In this document: piece by piece, positions 35,412 to 44,318 of the stretch
How the letters are laid out: every line of letters begins with the position of its first letter
Position numbering within the stretch: the first letter of the stretch is position 1
From: Dehalococcoidia bacterium
GTDB lineage: Bacteria; Chloroflexota; Dehalococcoidia; Dehalococcoidales; E44-bin46
Assembly: GCA_030605575.1 (NCBI GenBank)
Contig: JAUWIC010000069.1
Coordinates: 1 to 44,492, forward strand
Direction of reading: 5' to 3'
Length of the DNA: 44,492 nt
Notes under the pieces: generated by a model
What the model saw: only the letters and a program-made list of their open reading frames with translations
Told to the model about the DNA's origin: nothing
The model's database searches: none
Position numbers and translations under genes: made by a program

Positions 35412-36470
35412 ATGCTTATTAAGCTAAGGCGTAGAAATCGGCTGGTTTTGGTTTTACTTCTATTAGGTGGGGGTTTGGTGGTGGCACTGTTTCTGGCTAA
35501 TGCCTTCGGTGCGGTGAACGTCCCCTTACCTGATATATTAAAGATGGCGCTTAATAGGTTAGCTGGTTTTGATTTTCCCTCCACCTGGAGGGCGGTGGAT
35601 GAAACAATTATTTTTCAGATTAGACTACCCCGAGTAATAAGTGGTGCTTTGGTCGGTGCCGCTCTGGCTACCGCCGGGGTGCTGTTTCAGGGTTTATTGC
35701 GTAATCCTATGGCTGACCCCTATATCATCGGGACCTCAGCCGGTGCTGCTTTAGGGGCTACCGTAGCTATGATGCTGCCCGTAAATCTGGTTTTCCTTGG
35801 TTTTGGCTTGGTGCCGATGGCTGCTTTTGGTGGTGCCTTGGTTACCGTGATTTTAGTCTATAATCTAGCCCGGGTAGGTGGCAAGACACCTATCATAAGT
35901 ATGCTCCTGGCCGGATTTGTGGTCAGTTCTCTGCTGGCGGCAGTTATGATGTTTCTAATGTCAATAAGCGGCAGGCTAAACCTAAACATTCACTCAGTTT
36001 ATTCCTTTCTTATGGGTAATATCTCGGTAACTAGCTGGGGACAGCTGGCTGTTATCGCCCCATTGGTCATCGGGGGTATCATCGGCGCCCGATTTTTTGC
36101 TTTCCATTTGAATGCCTTTTCTCTGGGCGAGGAGGGGGCTGCCTATCTAGGCATTGAGGTGGAGAAGGATAAAATTCGCATCCTGGCTTTGGGTTCGTTG
36201 CTCACGGCAGCGGCGGTTTCTATTAGTGGGCTGGTTGGTTTTGTCGGACTGGTGGTGCCTCATGCCGTGCGCCTGAGTCTGGGGCCAGACCACCGGCTGC
36301 TGTTACCAGCTTCAGCATTAGCCGGTGGTGGCTTTTTAATTATTGCTGACCTTGTCGCCCGTATCATACTAGCCCCGGTGGAAATTCCAGTGGGAGTTAT
36401 TACGGCTATTATTGGGGCTCCATTCTTTCTCTATCTGCTAAGACGTACCAGAAGGGAGTATGCTTTCTAA
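35412..36470 (+). CDS. btuC: cobalamin ABC transporter permease (FecCD family)
   Basis: IRLPRV, QGLLRNPMADPYIIG, GFVGLVVPH, EIPVG; under a B12 riboswitch. Confidence 0.88.
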   Translation: MLIKLRRRNRLVLVLLLLGGGLVVALFLANAFGAVNVPLPDILKMALNRLAGFDFPSTWRAVDETIIFQIRLPRVISGALVGAALATAGVLFQGLLRNPMADPYIIGTSAGAALGATVAMMLPVNLVFLGFGLVPMAAFGGALVTVILVYNLARVGGKTPIISMLLAGFVVSSLLAAVMMFLMSISGRLNLNIHSVYSFLMGNISVTSWGQLAVIAPLVIGGIIGARFFAFHLNAFSLGEEGAAYLGIEVEKDKIRILALGSLLTAAAVSISGLVGFVGLVVPHAVRLSLGPDHRLLLPASALAGGGFLIIADLVARIILAPVEIPVGVITAIIGAPFFLYLLRRTRREYAF

Positions 36471-37276
36471 TGGTTAGCTTACAGGTTCGTCAGGTTTACT
36501 TTTCCTATCTTAACGGCTTGGTTTTACATAACATTAACCTTTTTATTAAGGCTGGCGAGATGGTGGGCTTAATCGGACCTAATGGCTCGGGCAAGACGAC
36601 CCTGATTAAACTAGCCAGCGGTGTCCTTAAACCCAAGAGGGGAGAGATTAGGCTGGATGGCTCTAGTTTAAGCCAGTTGAGCCGAAAGTCTATAGCTCGT
36701 AGTGTGGCGGTGGTGCCCCAGCAATTCCACATCCCCTTTGCCTTTACCGTCAATGAGGTAGTAACCCTGGGGCGAATTCCTTTCCTTAAGGCCTTTGCCG
36801 GTGAAAGTAAGGCTGATAGCCAATTGGTGGCTAATGCCTTAGAGTTGGTCGGTATCACTGAGCTGAGGGAACGACGCTTTGACGAGTTAAGTGGTGGTGA
36901 GCGACAGAAGGTCATCCTGGCTATGGCGCTGGCTCAGCAGCCCAAACTGCTACTTCTTGATGAGCCAATAGTGCATTTGGATATCGCCCATCAAATAGAA
37001 ATTCTGGAGCTGATAAGAAGACTTAATGTTGAACGAGGGTTGACTGTTATCGGGGCTATGCATGACCTCAACCTGGCGGCACTTTACTTTGACCGCTTAG
37101 TCCTGCTTAAGGAGGGCAGGGTTTCGGCTGACGGGACTCCGGCTCAGGTCTTAACCGAGACCCGAATAAAGGAGGTTTTTTCGGCATCGGTTAGGGTGGA
37201 GCCGCATCAGGTAACCGGTGTGCCCCATATAATTATTATGCCTAAGGAAAACATTGATAAAAGCGGTAGTAGTTAG
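36470..37276 (+). CDS. btuD: cobalamin ABC transporter ATP-binding protein
   Basis: GPNGSGKTT, LSGGERQ, LLLDEP, MHDLNLA. Confidence 0.88.
   Translation: MVSLQVRQVYFSYLNGLVLHNINLFIKAGEMVGLIGPNGSGKTTLIKLASGVLKPKRGEIRLDGSSLSQLSRKSIARSVAVVPQQFHIPFAFTVNEVVTLGRIPFLKAFAGESKADSQLVANALELVGITELRERRFDELSGGERQKVILAMALAQQPKLLLLDEPIVHLDIAHQIEILELIRRLNVERGLTVIGAMHDLNLAALYFDRLVLLKEGRVSADGTPAQVLTETRIKEVFSASVRVEPHQVTGVPHIIIMPKENIDKSGSS
37236..37250 (+). repeat. 15-bp direct repeat copy 1 (TTATGCCTAAGGAAA) within the btuD 3' end
   Basis: Identical to 38868-38882. Confidence 0.85.
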
Positions 37277-37436
37277 GTGCTGGAAAGGTCGTAGTCGCCG
37301 CAGCCTGTGGGCTAGACTTCTAGCTTGCACAAAATGGCTATTTGTTACATAAAAATTGTGGACTGTTCAAAGAAAGTCAGTTCTTAGGCTAAATCTACCT
37401 ATATGTTAAAAGAGCTATAGATGACGACCGGACGAT

Positions 37437-37727
37437 TTAGTATCTTCGCTGTCTTCCTCCGCCAGACCTGTCACCTCCACTGTCGGGACGAGGGCGGGCG
37501 GCACTAACTTTCAGTGTCCTATCCCTTAGTGTTTTCCCGTCCAAGCCAGTAATTGCGGCTTGGCCTTCAGACACTGATGGCATTTCAACAAACCCGAATC
37601 CCTTAGGTCGCCCAGTATACTTGTCTGTTATAATGCTTACAGATGTCACCTCTCCAAAAGCCGTGAATTCTTGCTGCAATTCCTCTTCAGTCACCTCATA
37701 CGATAAGTTCCCCACGTAGATGTTCAT
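37437..37727 (-). CDS. RRM-domain RNA-binding protein with Gly/Arg-rich tail
   Basis: MNIYVGNLS (RNP2), KGFGFVEM (RNP1). Start at ATG 37727 after AGGGGGAG. Confidence 0.93.
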   Translation of the reverse strand: MNIYVGNLSYEVTEEELQQEFTAFGEVTSVSIITDKYTGRPKGFGFVEMPSVSEGQAAITGLDGKTLRDRTLKVSAARPRPDSGGDRSGGGRQRRY

Positions 37728-37851
37728 ATTGCTCCCCCTTGAATTGTTCAATAATTCGCCAAATGTTTCTCGCCAATACGCAAAGTGGATATTTCTTCGT
37801 AGTTAGTCCCCAATCATCTGCGCAGCCAGGTATTATCTGCGCCATCCATTC

Positions 37852-38037
37852 CTACTTCCTAACTCGCCTCCGCCTTGCGCTCCTTTTTTCTTTCAGACGG
37901 GCAGTATCTCTCTTGGATAAGAAATAGCGATGGCCTTTTGCCTCGCGCAGAACCCCACTCATCTGCACCATCCTTTGAAAGCGCCGCAACAGGGAATCTT
38001 GGGATTCACCGTTGCGTATCCAAACTTCTAACGACAT
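37852..38037 (-). CDS. rpsU: 30S ribosomal protein bS21
   Basis: MSLEVWIRNGESQDSLLRRFQRMVQMSGVLREAKGHRYFLSKRD...; 61 aa from ATG 38037. Confidence 0.85.
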   Translation of the reverse strand: MSLEVWIRNGESQDSLLRRFQRMVQMSGVLREAKGHRYFLSKRDTARLKEKRSARRRRVRK

Positions 38038-38126
38038 AACATACCAACACATTCTAGCTAGAGCATACATAAGCCAAGGATTCCGGCCTATGTATGCTCT
38101 TAAGCTCTTAAGATTATCAGCCAGGG

Positions 38127-38432
38127 TTATTGGCTGAGTCTGACCGTTCTGTAGCAATCGCTACAGTACACTGGCCTACCTTCGCGAGGCTCAAATGGCA
38201 CTTCTGTGTCTTTGCCACACTGGGCACATACTGCGGGGAACATTTGGCGTCGAGACCTCGAGCCATAGCCACTATTTCCGGAACGTTCTGACTTCCTGGC
38301 TTCACGGCACGAAGGACAGCGCTTGGGATCGTTGGTATAGCCTTTAGATGCGAAAAACTCTTGCTCCTCAACGCTGAAAGTGAAGGTAGCCCCGCAATCG
38401 GAACACTCGATTGACTTCTCCTGAAAACTCAT
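38127..38432 (-). CDS. double zinc-ribbon protein (zf-trcl + CxxC-x17-CxxC domain)
   Basis: CSDCG..F.F...EQEFF..KG..N.PKRCPSCR and CAQCGKDTEVPFEPREGRPVYCSDC. Confidence 0.9.
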   Translation of the reverse strand: MSFQEKSIECSDCGATFTFSVEEQEFFASKGYTNDPKRCPSCREARKSERSGNSGYGSRSRRQMFPAVCAQCGKDTEVPFEPREGRPVYCSDCYRTVRLSQ

Positions 38433-38732
38433 TGAATGACCTCCTCTCTTTTAAATAGTTGGTTTGGGTAGGTCATCCACTACTTGGGCAAATCAAAACT
38501 AATTTAGCTAAGTATGTAATAACCTAAACTGAAACCACCGTAGATATTATACACTAAAGGAGTTCTGTTTGCAAAAACCAGTGTAAGCCTCAGAGCAGGA
38601 AATGGTTGCTCTCTGCAAGGGACGTATCTCTTTCCAGTAACGATTTGACGTTTTGTTCAGTCACTGAAGACTCTCGTCGTTGCCTGGCTCGGCTGGACAG
38701 GACTAAGGATAAAAGCTATAATCCCAAATAGT

Positions 38733-38906
38733 ATGATTGCTCAACCTAAACCCCATATTCTTTTCACCAGGGACGAAGTAGAAGCTATCGTTAACCGGCT
38801 GGCGGCTGAAATTAGACAGGATTATCACGGCACCCCCCCCCTTTTGATAGGTATTCTTAAAGGTTCCTTATGCCTAAGGAAAGTGCTATCAAACGGCAGT
38901 GATTAA
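38733..38906 (+). pseudogene. hpt: 5' fragment of hypoxanthine phosphoribosyltransferase
   Basis: Below the track cutoff. MIAQPKPHILFTRDEVEAIVNRLAAEIRQDYHGTPPLLIGILKGS matches the HPT N-terminus, then switches to unrelated LCLRKVLSNGSD*. Confidence 0.8.
38868..38882 (+). repeat. 15-bp direct repeat copy 2 at the hpt breakpoint
   Basis: TTATGCCTAAGGAAA, followed by a degenerate match to the rest of the btuD tail. Confidence 0.85.
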
Positions 38907-38979
38907 GTGATTGGTGTATTTAGGAGAGTGATATTATGATAGCCATTCTCAAAGGAAAGTAAGCATAGGGAGTAATAAA

Positions 38980-39495
38980 ATGAATGATTTGAAAACGTTT
39001 ATTAGAGACATCCCTGACTTTCCAAAGAAAGGAGTGATTTTTAGGGATATCACTCCTCTGCTCAAGGAAGGTGAAAGATTCAGGGTAGCTGTTGATGAAA
39101 TTAGTGATAGATACATCGATAAGGGAATAGATGTTGTAGTTAGTATTGAGGCAAGAGGATTTATTATAGGGCCTGCTATAGCCTATAAGTTGGGAGCAGG
39201 CGTTGTTCCTGTCAGAAAGAAGGGGAAACTTCCATGGCATATCTATCAGGCTACCTACGACCTTGAGTATGGGACAGACATATTGGAGATACATCAAGAT
39301 GCGATAAAGCCTGGAGAGAAAGTGTTGATAGTTGACGACCTTTTGGCTACAGGCGGAACCGCAGGGGCTGTTGTCAGTTTGGTAGAGAGACTTAAAGGGC
39401 AGATTATAGGAGTTGCCTTCCTGATGGAGCTGACATCGTTGAAAGGGAGGGAGAAAATAAAAGATTACCCTGTATTTTCAGTGATTAAGTATTGA
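38980..39495 (+). CDS. apt: adenine phosphoribosyltransferase
   Basis: IRDIPDFPKKGVIFRDIT, EARGF, RKKGKLP, YDLEYG, VDDLLATGGT. Confidence 0.96.
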   Translation: MNDLKTFIRDIPDFPKKGVIFRDITPLLKEGERFRVAVDEISDRYIDKGIDVVVSIEARGFIIGPAIAYKLGAGVVPVRKKGKLPWHIYQATYDLEYGTDILEIHQDAIKPGEKVLIVDDLLATGGTAGAVVSLVERLKGQIIGVAFLMELTSLKGREKIKDYPVFSVIKY

Positions 39496-39676
39496 GAATG
39501 CCTCAATAACTCAGAGGATAGAATAGCGTTTTCCTAGACCGCCACCCTTCTCCACCCTCTCCTTCTTAGCTCTCCCCGTAATCCCCGAACTCCGCCTCGC
39601 CGACCTCGGCCTGGTCGATGTCAACCAGTTCAGGGTGATTAGGTGAGGGGTTGAATACCCATTATATTAATTACAC

Positions 39677-40195
39677 CTACTTCTTCCTCACCGCATACCT
39701 GATGATGGTCTTGGGGACTTTGGCGTCGGGGGTGGTGAGGTATTCTTCCTCATGGACACCAGCTATCTCGTAGCCGTTGTCTTCAATGAACTTGTGCAGG
39801 CGCTCCACGGTGGGACCCTCTTCGGCATAAGCTCCGAGGTGAAGAATCTGGGCTACGGTGCCGTATTCCCAGGTCTCAAGCTTGACCTCAACGCTGGGGA
39901 CCTTCTGGGGCAGGGAGGTGGTGTCCTCGGGGATGGGCAGGGCGATAATGTGAGTCCATTCCTCTTTAGGCACGAGGTGGGCATCAGGATAGCGGGCGCG
40001 GAGTCCGCTGACCTTGAAGGTAGGCAGTCCCTTCTTCTTGAGGTCAAACTTTAGCGTATAGACTGAGCCGTAGAGGGCAGGCATGACTTCGGCGAAGACC
40101 TTATCCGGAGTGCCTTTGCCATAGACCACCGCCATCTTTTGCGGCGGCATTTCCAGGATTTGGGGCTCTTTCTTGGATGATTTTCGTTGTGCCAT
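39677..40195 (-). CDS. GyrI-like small-molecule-binding domain protein
   Basis: ALYGSVYTLKF, VAQILHLGAYAEEGPTVERLH, HEEEYL..P. Confidence 0.85.
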   Translation of the reverse strand: MAQRKSSKKEPQILEMPPQKMAVVYGKGTPDKVFAEVMPALYGSVYTLKFDLKKKGLPTFKVSGLRARYPDAHLVPKEEWTHIIALPIPEDTTSLPQKVPSVEVKLETWEYGTVAQILHLGAYAEEGPTVERLHKFIEDNGYEIAGVHEEEYLTTPDAKVPKTIIRYAVRKK

Positions 40196-40225
40196 TGAGA
40201 TACCTCCTTTGTTAAATGGCTACCT

Positions 40226-41476
40226 TCATATTTGCTTGGTCTTGCGTTCCTGTATCAGCTTCTCACCGTATTGGAGCAGAAGTTTGGCTCGTTCTGGGGG
40301 GACTGGGGGTTTCTTGGATTCCAGGTAGGCTTTGAGGGCGTCAAGGGGGGTTATTTCCTCGGCTGTCCATCCTCCCAGTCTAAGGCGTGTCTCCCGCTTA
40401 ACATCCTTGGCGATGGTAAAGTAGTGAGCTTCTTTTAACGCATTCCTGATGTCATTATCCCTGAGCTGACCCTCAATCTCGGCGGGCAGGCTGATGTTTA
40501 GTCTTACTATGGCATCCCTGACATTGCTTTCATATTTATTAATTGCCTTGAGCACGGTTGAGGTGGGGTTAATATCTTGTGGCTCAATAGTAACGCTGAT
40601 GGTCAGAAACCGACGCCCGATTACCGGGTGAAAGCTAAAAGAGACCTGTCTGTTACCGATTTCTTTATCTGACTCAATCTCCACCACGTAGAACCCCTTG
40701 TCATCTTCCTCCTCGCTGAAGTCCAGCCGCTCCAGGCTACCGGAGTAAACTACCGGCGGGTTCTGAGATAAGACCTGGTGCTTGTGGATGTGACCCAGGG
40801 CAATGTAATCAAAAGCCGGGTTGGCAACATTGCTTAGCAGCAGTACATGCTCCTGCCCGATAGTCATTAACCGCTCTGAGCCTACTTGTGCCCCGGAGAC
40901 CCAGACATGAGCCGCTAGGATGGAGGGTAGTTTCGGGTCAAGCTCCAGGACTTTGTCAGTAATGATATTAGTTAATTTCTCTTGTGCGATTTGATTAATC
41001 TGGTCAAAAGTAAGATTCTTAGTCTCTTCCTTGCTTAATAGGGCACTCCGCCTCAACCAGGGCAGGGAGGCTATTTGAACCGTGCCGCTGTTAGTTGGGA
41101 TGTGGTAGATATCGGGGCGGTTGGAGACATAAACATTCTTAATGGTTAAAGTATCAAAAATCTCGGTGGTGGTCGCCCGGCCGATAGCATTAGGCAGGTC
41201 GTGGTTGCCGACAAGGAGGAAGATAGGGACACCGTTGGTGGACAGGCGATTAATGCGTCTGGCAAATTCCCGTTGCTGGGTCTGGCTCGGCTCACGACTC
41301 TTGTAGGCATCGCCGCAGAAGAGGACAAGGTCTACCTTATTTGCCAGGGCGTAGTCTACAACCTGGTCAAGAGTAAATAGGAAATCAAGGAGGCGTGAGG
41401 ATAACCCGGTAGCCGGGTCAATTCGCCCGTAAGATTCAACACCGAGGTGAAGGTCAGCAAAGTGAAGTATTTTCAT
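40226..41476 (-). CDS. sbcD: SbcD/Mre11-family DNA repair nuclease
   Basis: LHFADLHLG, GDAY, GNHD, YIALGHIH, YSGSLER.DFSE. Confidence 0.92.
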   Translation of the reverse strand: MKILHFADLHLGVESYGRIDPATGLSSRLLDFLFTLDQVVDYALANKVDLVLFCGDAYKSREPSQTQQREFARRINRLSTNGVPIFLLVGNHDLPNAIGRATTTEIFDTLTIKNVYVSNRPDIYHIPTNSGTVQIASLPWLRRSALLSKEETKNLTFDQINQIAQEKLTNIITDKVLELDPKLPSILAAHVWVSGAQVGSERLMTIGQEHVLLLSNVANPAFDYIALGHIHKHQVLSQNPPVVYSGSLERLDFSEEEDDKGFYVVEIESDKEIGNRQVSFSFHPVIGRRFLTISVTIEPQDINPTSTVLKAINKYESNVRDAIVRLNISLPAEIEGQLRDNDIRNALKEAHYFTIAKDVKRETRLRLGGWTAEEITPLDALKAYLESKKPPVPPERAKLLLQYGEKLIQERKTKQI

Positions 41477-41480
41477 TAGG

Positions 41481-41550
41481 TAACCCCATCCCCCTTTACC
41501 CCGTTAGGAACTCTAACGGGGTTTATCCCCCTTCCTTAGTAAGGAGAGGG
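41481..41550. repeat. partial copy of the 10226-10440 repeat family
   Basis: TAACCCCATCCCCCTTT...TTTATCCCCCTTCCTTAGTAAGGAGAGGG with an inserted hairpin ACCCCGTTAG/CTAACGGGGT. Confidence 0.6.
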
Positions 41551-41644
41551 ATTCCCTCATATTGTCCAGTAGGCTAGTCTTTGGTGGATTCGTAGCATAT
41601 CGTCTGCTACTAGAGATCTGTGTATGCCATGGAGCTACTCGGAA

Positions 41645-41923
41645 TTATGTATGGTACTTAGGTATCTCTCGGTAAATCCACTCCCAGGCAGCCTTTGTGA
41701 GCTGGCCGTATATATGGTTCCCCGCTTCAATTATCAATATACTATCATCTGGGTCTAGATGAGCCGCTAAGCGATTGTATAGTTCACTAGGACTCTCCGA
41801 AGTGGCGATTAACCAAGTTGACATTAAGTAATGCCACCAGCGGGGAGAATGCTGGAGTTGTTCTGTCAATCCCATATAGTCTTTACCTCGTTTTCTCAGG
41901 TCATATGAAACTAGATAAAGCAT
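41645..41923 (-). CDS. small Cas2/VapD-like ferredoxin-fold protein
   Basis: MLYLVSYDL N-terminus, STWLI, DPDDSILII; 1 bp after the hicB stop. Confidence 0.6.
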   Translation of the reverse strand: MLYLVSYDLRKRGKDYMGLTEQLQHSPRWWHYLMSTWLIATSESPSELYNRLAAHLDPDDSILIIEAGNHIYGQLTKAAWEWIYREIPKYHT

Positions 41924-41924
41924 T

Positions 41925-42437
41925 TCACTTTTTCCCTACCGCTTTACTCTGTGGTATAGACAAAAGTTCCTTGTAATCCAAGAGCCCCTCTTCGGTACCC
42001 CATATTCTTGCAGAAGGAGGAGCCCAGAACACAAAGCGCGACATAGCATCAACTTGGGTTAGCATAATATCTCTACTGACTCCGGCTGCGAGAAGGCTCG
42101 TAACATATTGATTCAGGCTGGCACCTTCTCGCTTTGCAGCGTGAGCTAAATCACGATGGAGACCTTGCGGAATACGAACCAAGAATTTCCCCTGGTATTT
42201 CTCCATATCTCTTGGTAGCGGGATATCCTGCCCTTCATTATAGGCTGTCTTAACCCAGAGTTGCCGGGCGTCTTCTATTGCTTTAAAGACTTCGTCTAGG
42301 GTTTCAGCCTGAGTCATACATCCTGGGAGCTCTTCAATCTCAGCCACAAAACCACTCTCAGGATCAGGATGTACGATGATCGGATAACACAGACTTAGAT
42401 AATATTCCAATTCCTTACGCTCCGTGTCTTGTCTCAT
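41925..42437 (-). CDS. hicB: HicB-family antitoxin with ribbon-helix-helix domain
   Basis: FVAEIEELPGCMTQAETLDE, IPLP, YQGKFLVRIPQGLHRDLAHAAKREGASLNQY. Confidence 0.92.
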   Translation of the reverse strand: MRQDTERKELEYYLSLCYPIIVHPDPESGFVAEIEELPGCMTQAETLDEVFKAIEDARQLWVKTAYNEGQDIPLPRDMEKYQGKFLVRIPQGLHRDLAHAAKREGASLNQYVTSLLAAGVSRDIMLTQVDAMSRFVFWAPPSARIWGTEEGLLDYKELLSIPQSKAVGKK

Positions 42438-42678
42438 ACCAATCCTCCAAATTTAAATTTTCTATTATCATCCTCACATAAGCCCTTTTCACACGCCGCC
42501 CTTTTATAGTTGGAACAATTTTGGGTGGATGACCTAGTTTTACGAAAGCCCGGTGGCTTCCTCCCCCAGAAGGTCGTTCTTCGTAGCCGAATACCTCCAA
42601 AACCTTAGCTACATCTGTGAATAAAACCTCCGGCGGCTCCCTTAAAAATTGCTCAACTAGTTTATCAAACCGGCTCAT
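42415..42678 (-). CDS. hicA: HicA-family mRNA interferase toxin
   Basis: 87 aa, KVLEVFGY, GGGSHRAF, overlaps hicB. Confidence 0.88.
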   Translation of the reverse strand: MSRFDKLVEQFLREPPEVLFTDVAKVLEVFGYEERPSGGGSHRAFVKLGHPPKIVPTIKGRRVKRAYVRMIIENLNLEDWYETRHGA

Positions 42679-42691
42679 TCATCACTCCATC

Positions 42692-42732
42692 ATGATACCA
42701 TATATAGTATCATTTTGACAATGAGATGTCAA
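42692..42732 (-). promoter_or_regulatory. hicAB promoter (TTGACA-17-TACTAT) with overlapping palindromic operator ATGATAC-N8-GTATCAT
   Basis: -35 at 42732-42727, -10 at 42709-42704; inverted repeat 42692-42698/42707-42713. Confidence 0.7.
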
Positions 42733-42801
42733 CCTCTTATTGAGAAGAAAAAGAGAGGCTACACTCCCCTTTTAAACTCCCTATATTCGAGAGGTGTATA
42801 T

Positions 42802-44175
42802 TTACCCATTTTCCCCCTCCTTCCATATCTTACCACCGGGAGGCAACACAAAAAGCGGTTCGCCCCCTAGCTTGGCTTGTAATGTCCTCCTTAGTTCGGC
42901 TATGGGTAGCCTAATCTGGTTCATAGTATCCCGTTCGCGAATGGTGACCTGTTCATCTTCCAGCGATTGAAAGTCAACGGTAAGGCAGAAAGGAGTGCCA
43001 ATCTCATCCTGACGCCGGTAACGGCGCCCGATGCTCTGGGCATCGTCATAGTCCACCATCCAGGATTGGCGCAGGTCAGCGTATATCTGTTTGGCTAGGG
43101 CTACCAGTTTCTCTCGTCGTGATAACGGCAGTACGGCTACCTTGATGGGAGCCAGAGTGGGGTGGAGGTGAAGTAGCACCCTCAGTTCCCCCTCGGCTAG
43201 CTCTTCAGCGTAGGCATCGCACAGGAAAGCCAGAGCCGAACGGTCTACCCCCGCCGAAGGCTCAATGATATAGGGGATGATATGCTCTTTGGTCTCTTCA
43301 TCAAAGTAGTCCAGACTCTTGCCACTATACTTAGCATGCTGGACAAGGTCAAAATCACCCCGATTGGCAATACCTTCTAATTCAGCCCAGCCCATAGGGA
43401 ACAGGTAATCAATGTCATAGCACGCCTTGGCATAGTGAGCCAGTTCATGTTTCATGTGTTGGCGCAACTTGAGGTTTTCCTTTTTGATACCCAATTTCAC
43501 ATACCAGTTGAAACGCTCCTCAAGCCAGTAGTCAAACCACTCTTTATCACTCCCCGGCTTAACGAAAAACTCAATTTCCATCTGCTCAAATTCCCGACTG
43601 CGGAAGATAAAGTTGCCGGTGGTAATCTCATTGCGGAAGGCTTTACCTATCTGGGCAATGCCGAAGGGCAGCCTCTTCCTGGTAGTATCAAGCACATTCT
43701 CAAAGTTAACGAACATACCCTGAGCTGTTTCCGGACGCAGGTAAACGATACTGGCTTCATCCTCAATGGGGCCCATAAAGGTCTTGAACATCAGGTTGAA
43801 CAGGCGAGGCTCGGTTAATTCACCACCGCAGGAAGGGCAACTATCGCCGGCTAAATCATCAACCCGCCATCTCAAGTGGCAGCTCTTACACTCTACCAGG
43901 GGGTCGGTAAACCCCTTAAGGTGTCCGCTGGCTTCCCAGGTCTGAGGGTGCATCAGGATGCTAGCATCCAGACCAACTATATCGTCGCGTTCCTGAACCA
44001 CAGCTCGCCACCAGGCTTGTTTAATATTCCGCTTTAGCTCCACTCCGAGGGGACCATAGTCCCAGCAGCTAGACAAGCCGCCATAGATTTCACTGCCGGG
44101 GAAGATGAAACCCCGCCGCTGGCAGAGGGAGACGAGCTTTTCCATATCAACCTTGGTTGGTGTCGGTTTGGTCAC
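42802..44175 (-). CDS. glyQS: glycine--tRNA ligase, alpha2 (homodimeric) type
   Basis: [73 protein letters not shown]. Start set at GTG 44175 after AAGGAG. Confidence 0.95.
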   Translation of the reverse strand: MTKPTPTKVDMEKLVSLCQRRGFIFPGSEIYGGLSSCWDYGPLGVELKRNIKQAWWRAVVQERDDIVGLDASILMHPQTWEASGHLKGFTDPLVECKSCHLRWRVDDLAGDSCPSCGGELTEPRLFNLMFKTFMGPIEDEASIVYLRPETAQGMFVNFENVLDTTRKRLPFGIAQIGKAFRNEITTGNFIFRSREFEQMEIEFFVKPGSDKEWFDYWLEERFNWYVKLGIKKENLKLRQHMKHELAHYAKACYDIDYLFPMGWAELEGIANRGDFDLVQHAKYSGKSLDYFDEETKEHIIPYIIEPSAGVDRSALAFLCDAYAEELAEGELRVLLHLHPTLAPIKVAVLPLSRREKLVALAKQIYADLRQSWMVDYDDAQSIGRRYRRQDEIGTPFCLTVDFQSLEDEQVTIRERDTMNQIRLPIAELRRTLQAKLGGEPLFVLPPGGKIWKEGENG

Positions 44176-44318
44176 ACTATACTCCTTAGAAGTTATATTT
44201 GCTAAGATTGTAGCTGAAAATACCAAGCATTGCAAAGTCCTTAATACCGTTGATGATTCTTGGCGTTAGCCTTTGGTTAATGGTAGAATGTAAATCTAGG
44301 TTAGCTAGGGGGTATAAG

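Noticed and set aside
38832-38841. C9 homopolymer as a phase-variation switch in hpt
   Set aside because: The reading frame stays HPT-like past the tract (PLLIGILKGS); the gene is lost by truncation, not frameshift
41481-41923. CRISPR-Cas locus suggested by the Cas2-like ORF
   Set aside because: No repeat-spacer array and no other cas genes in the window
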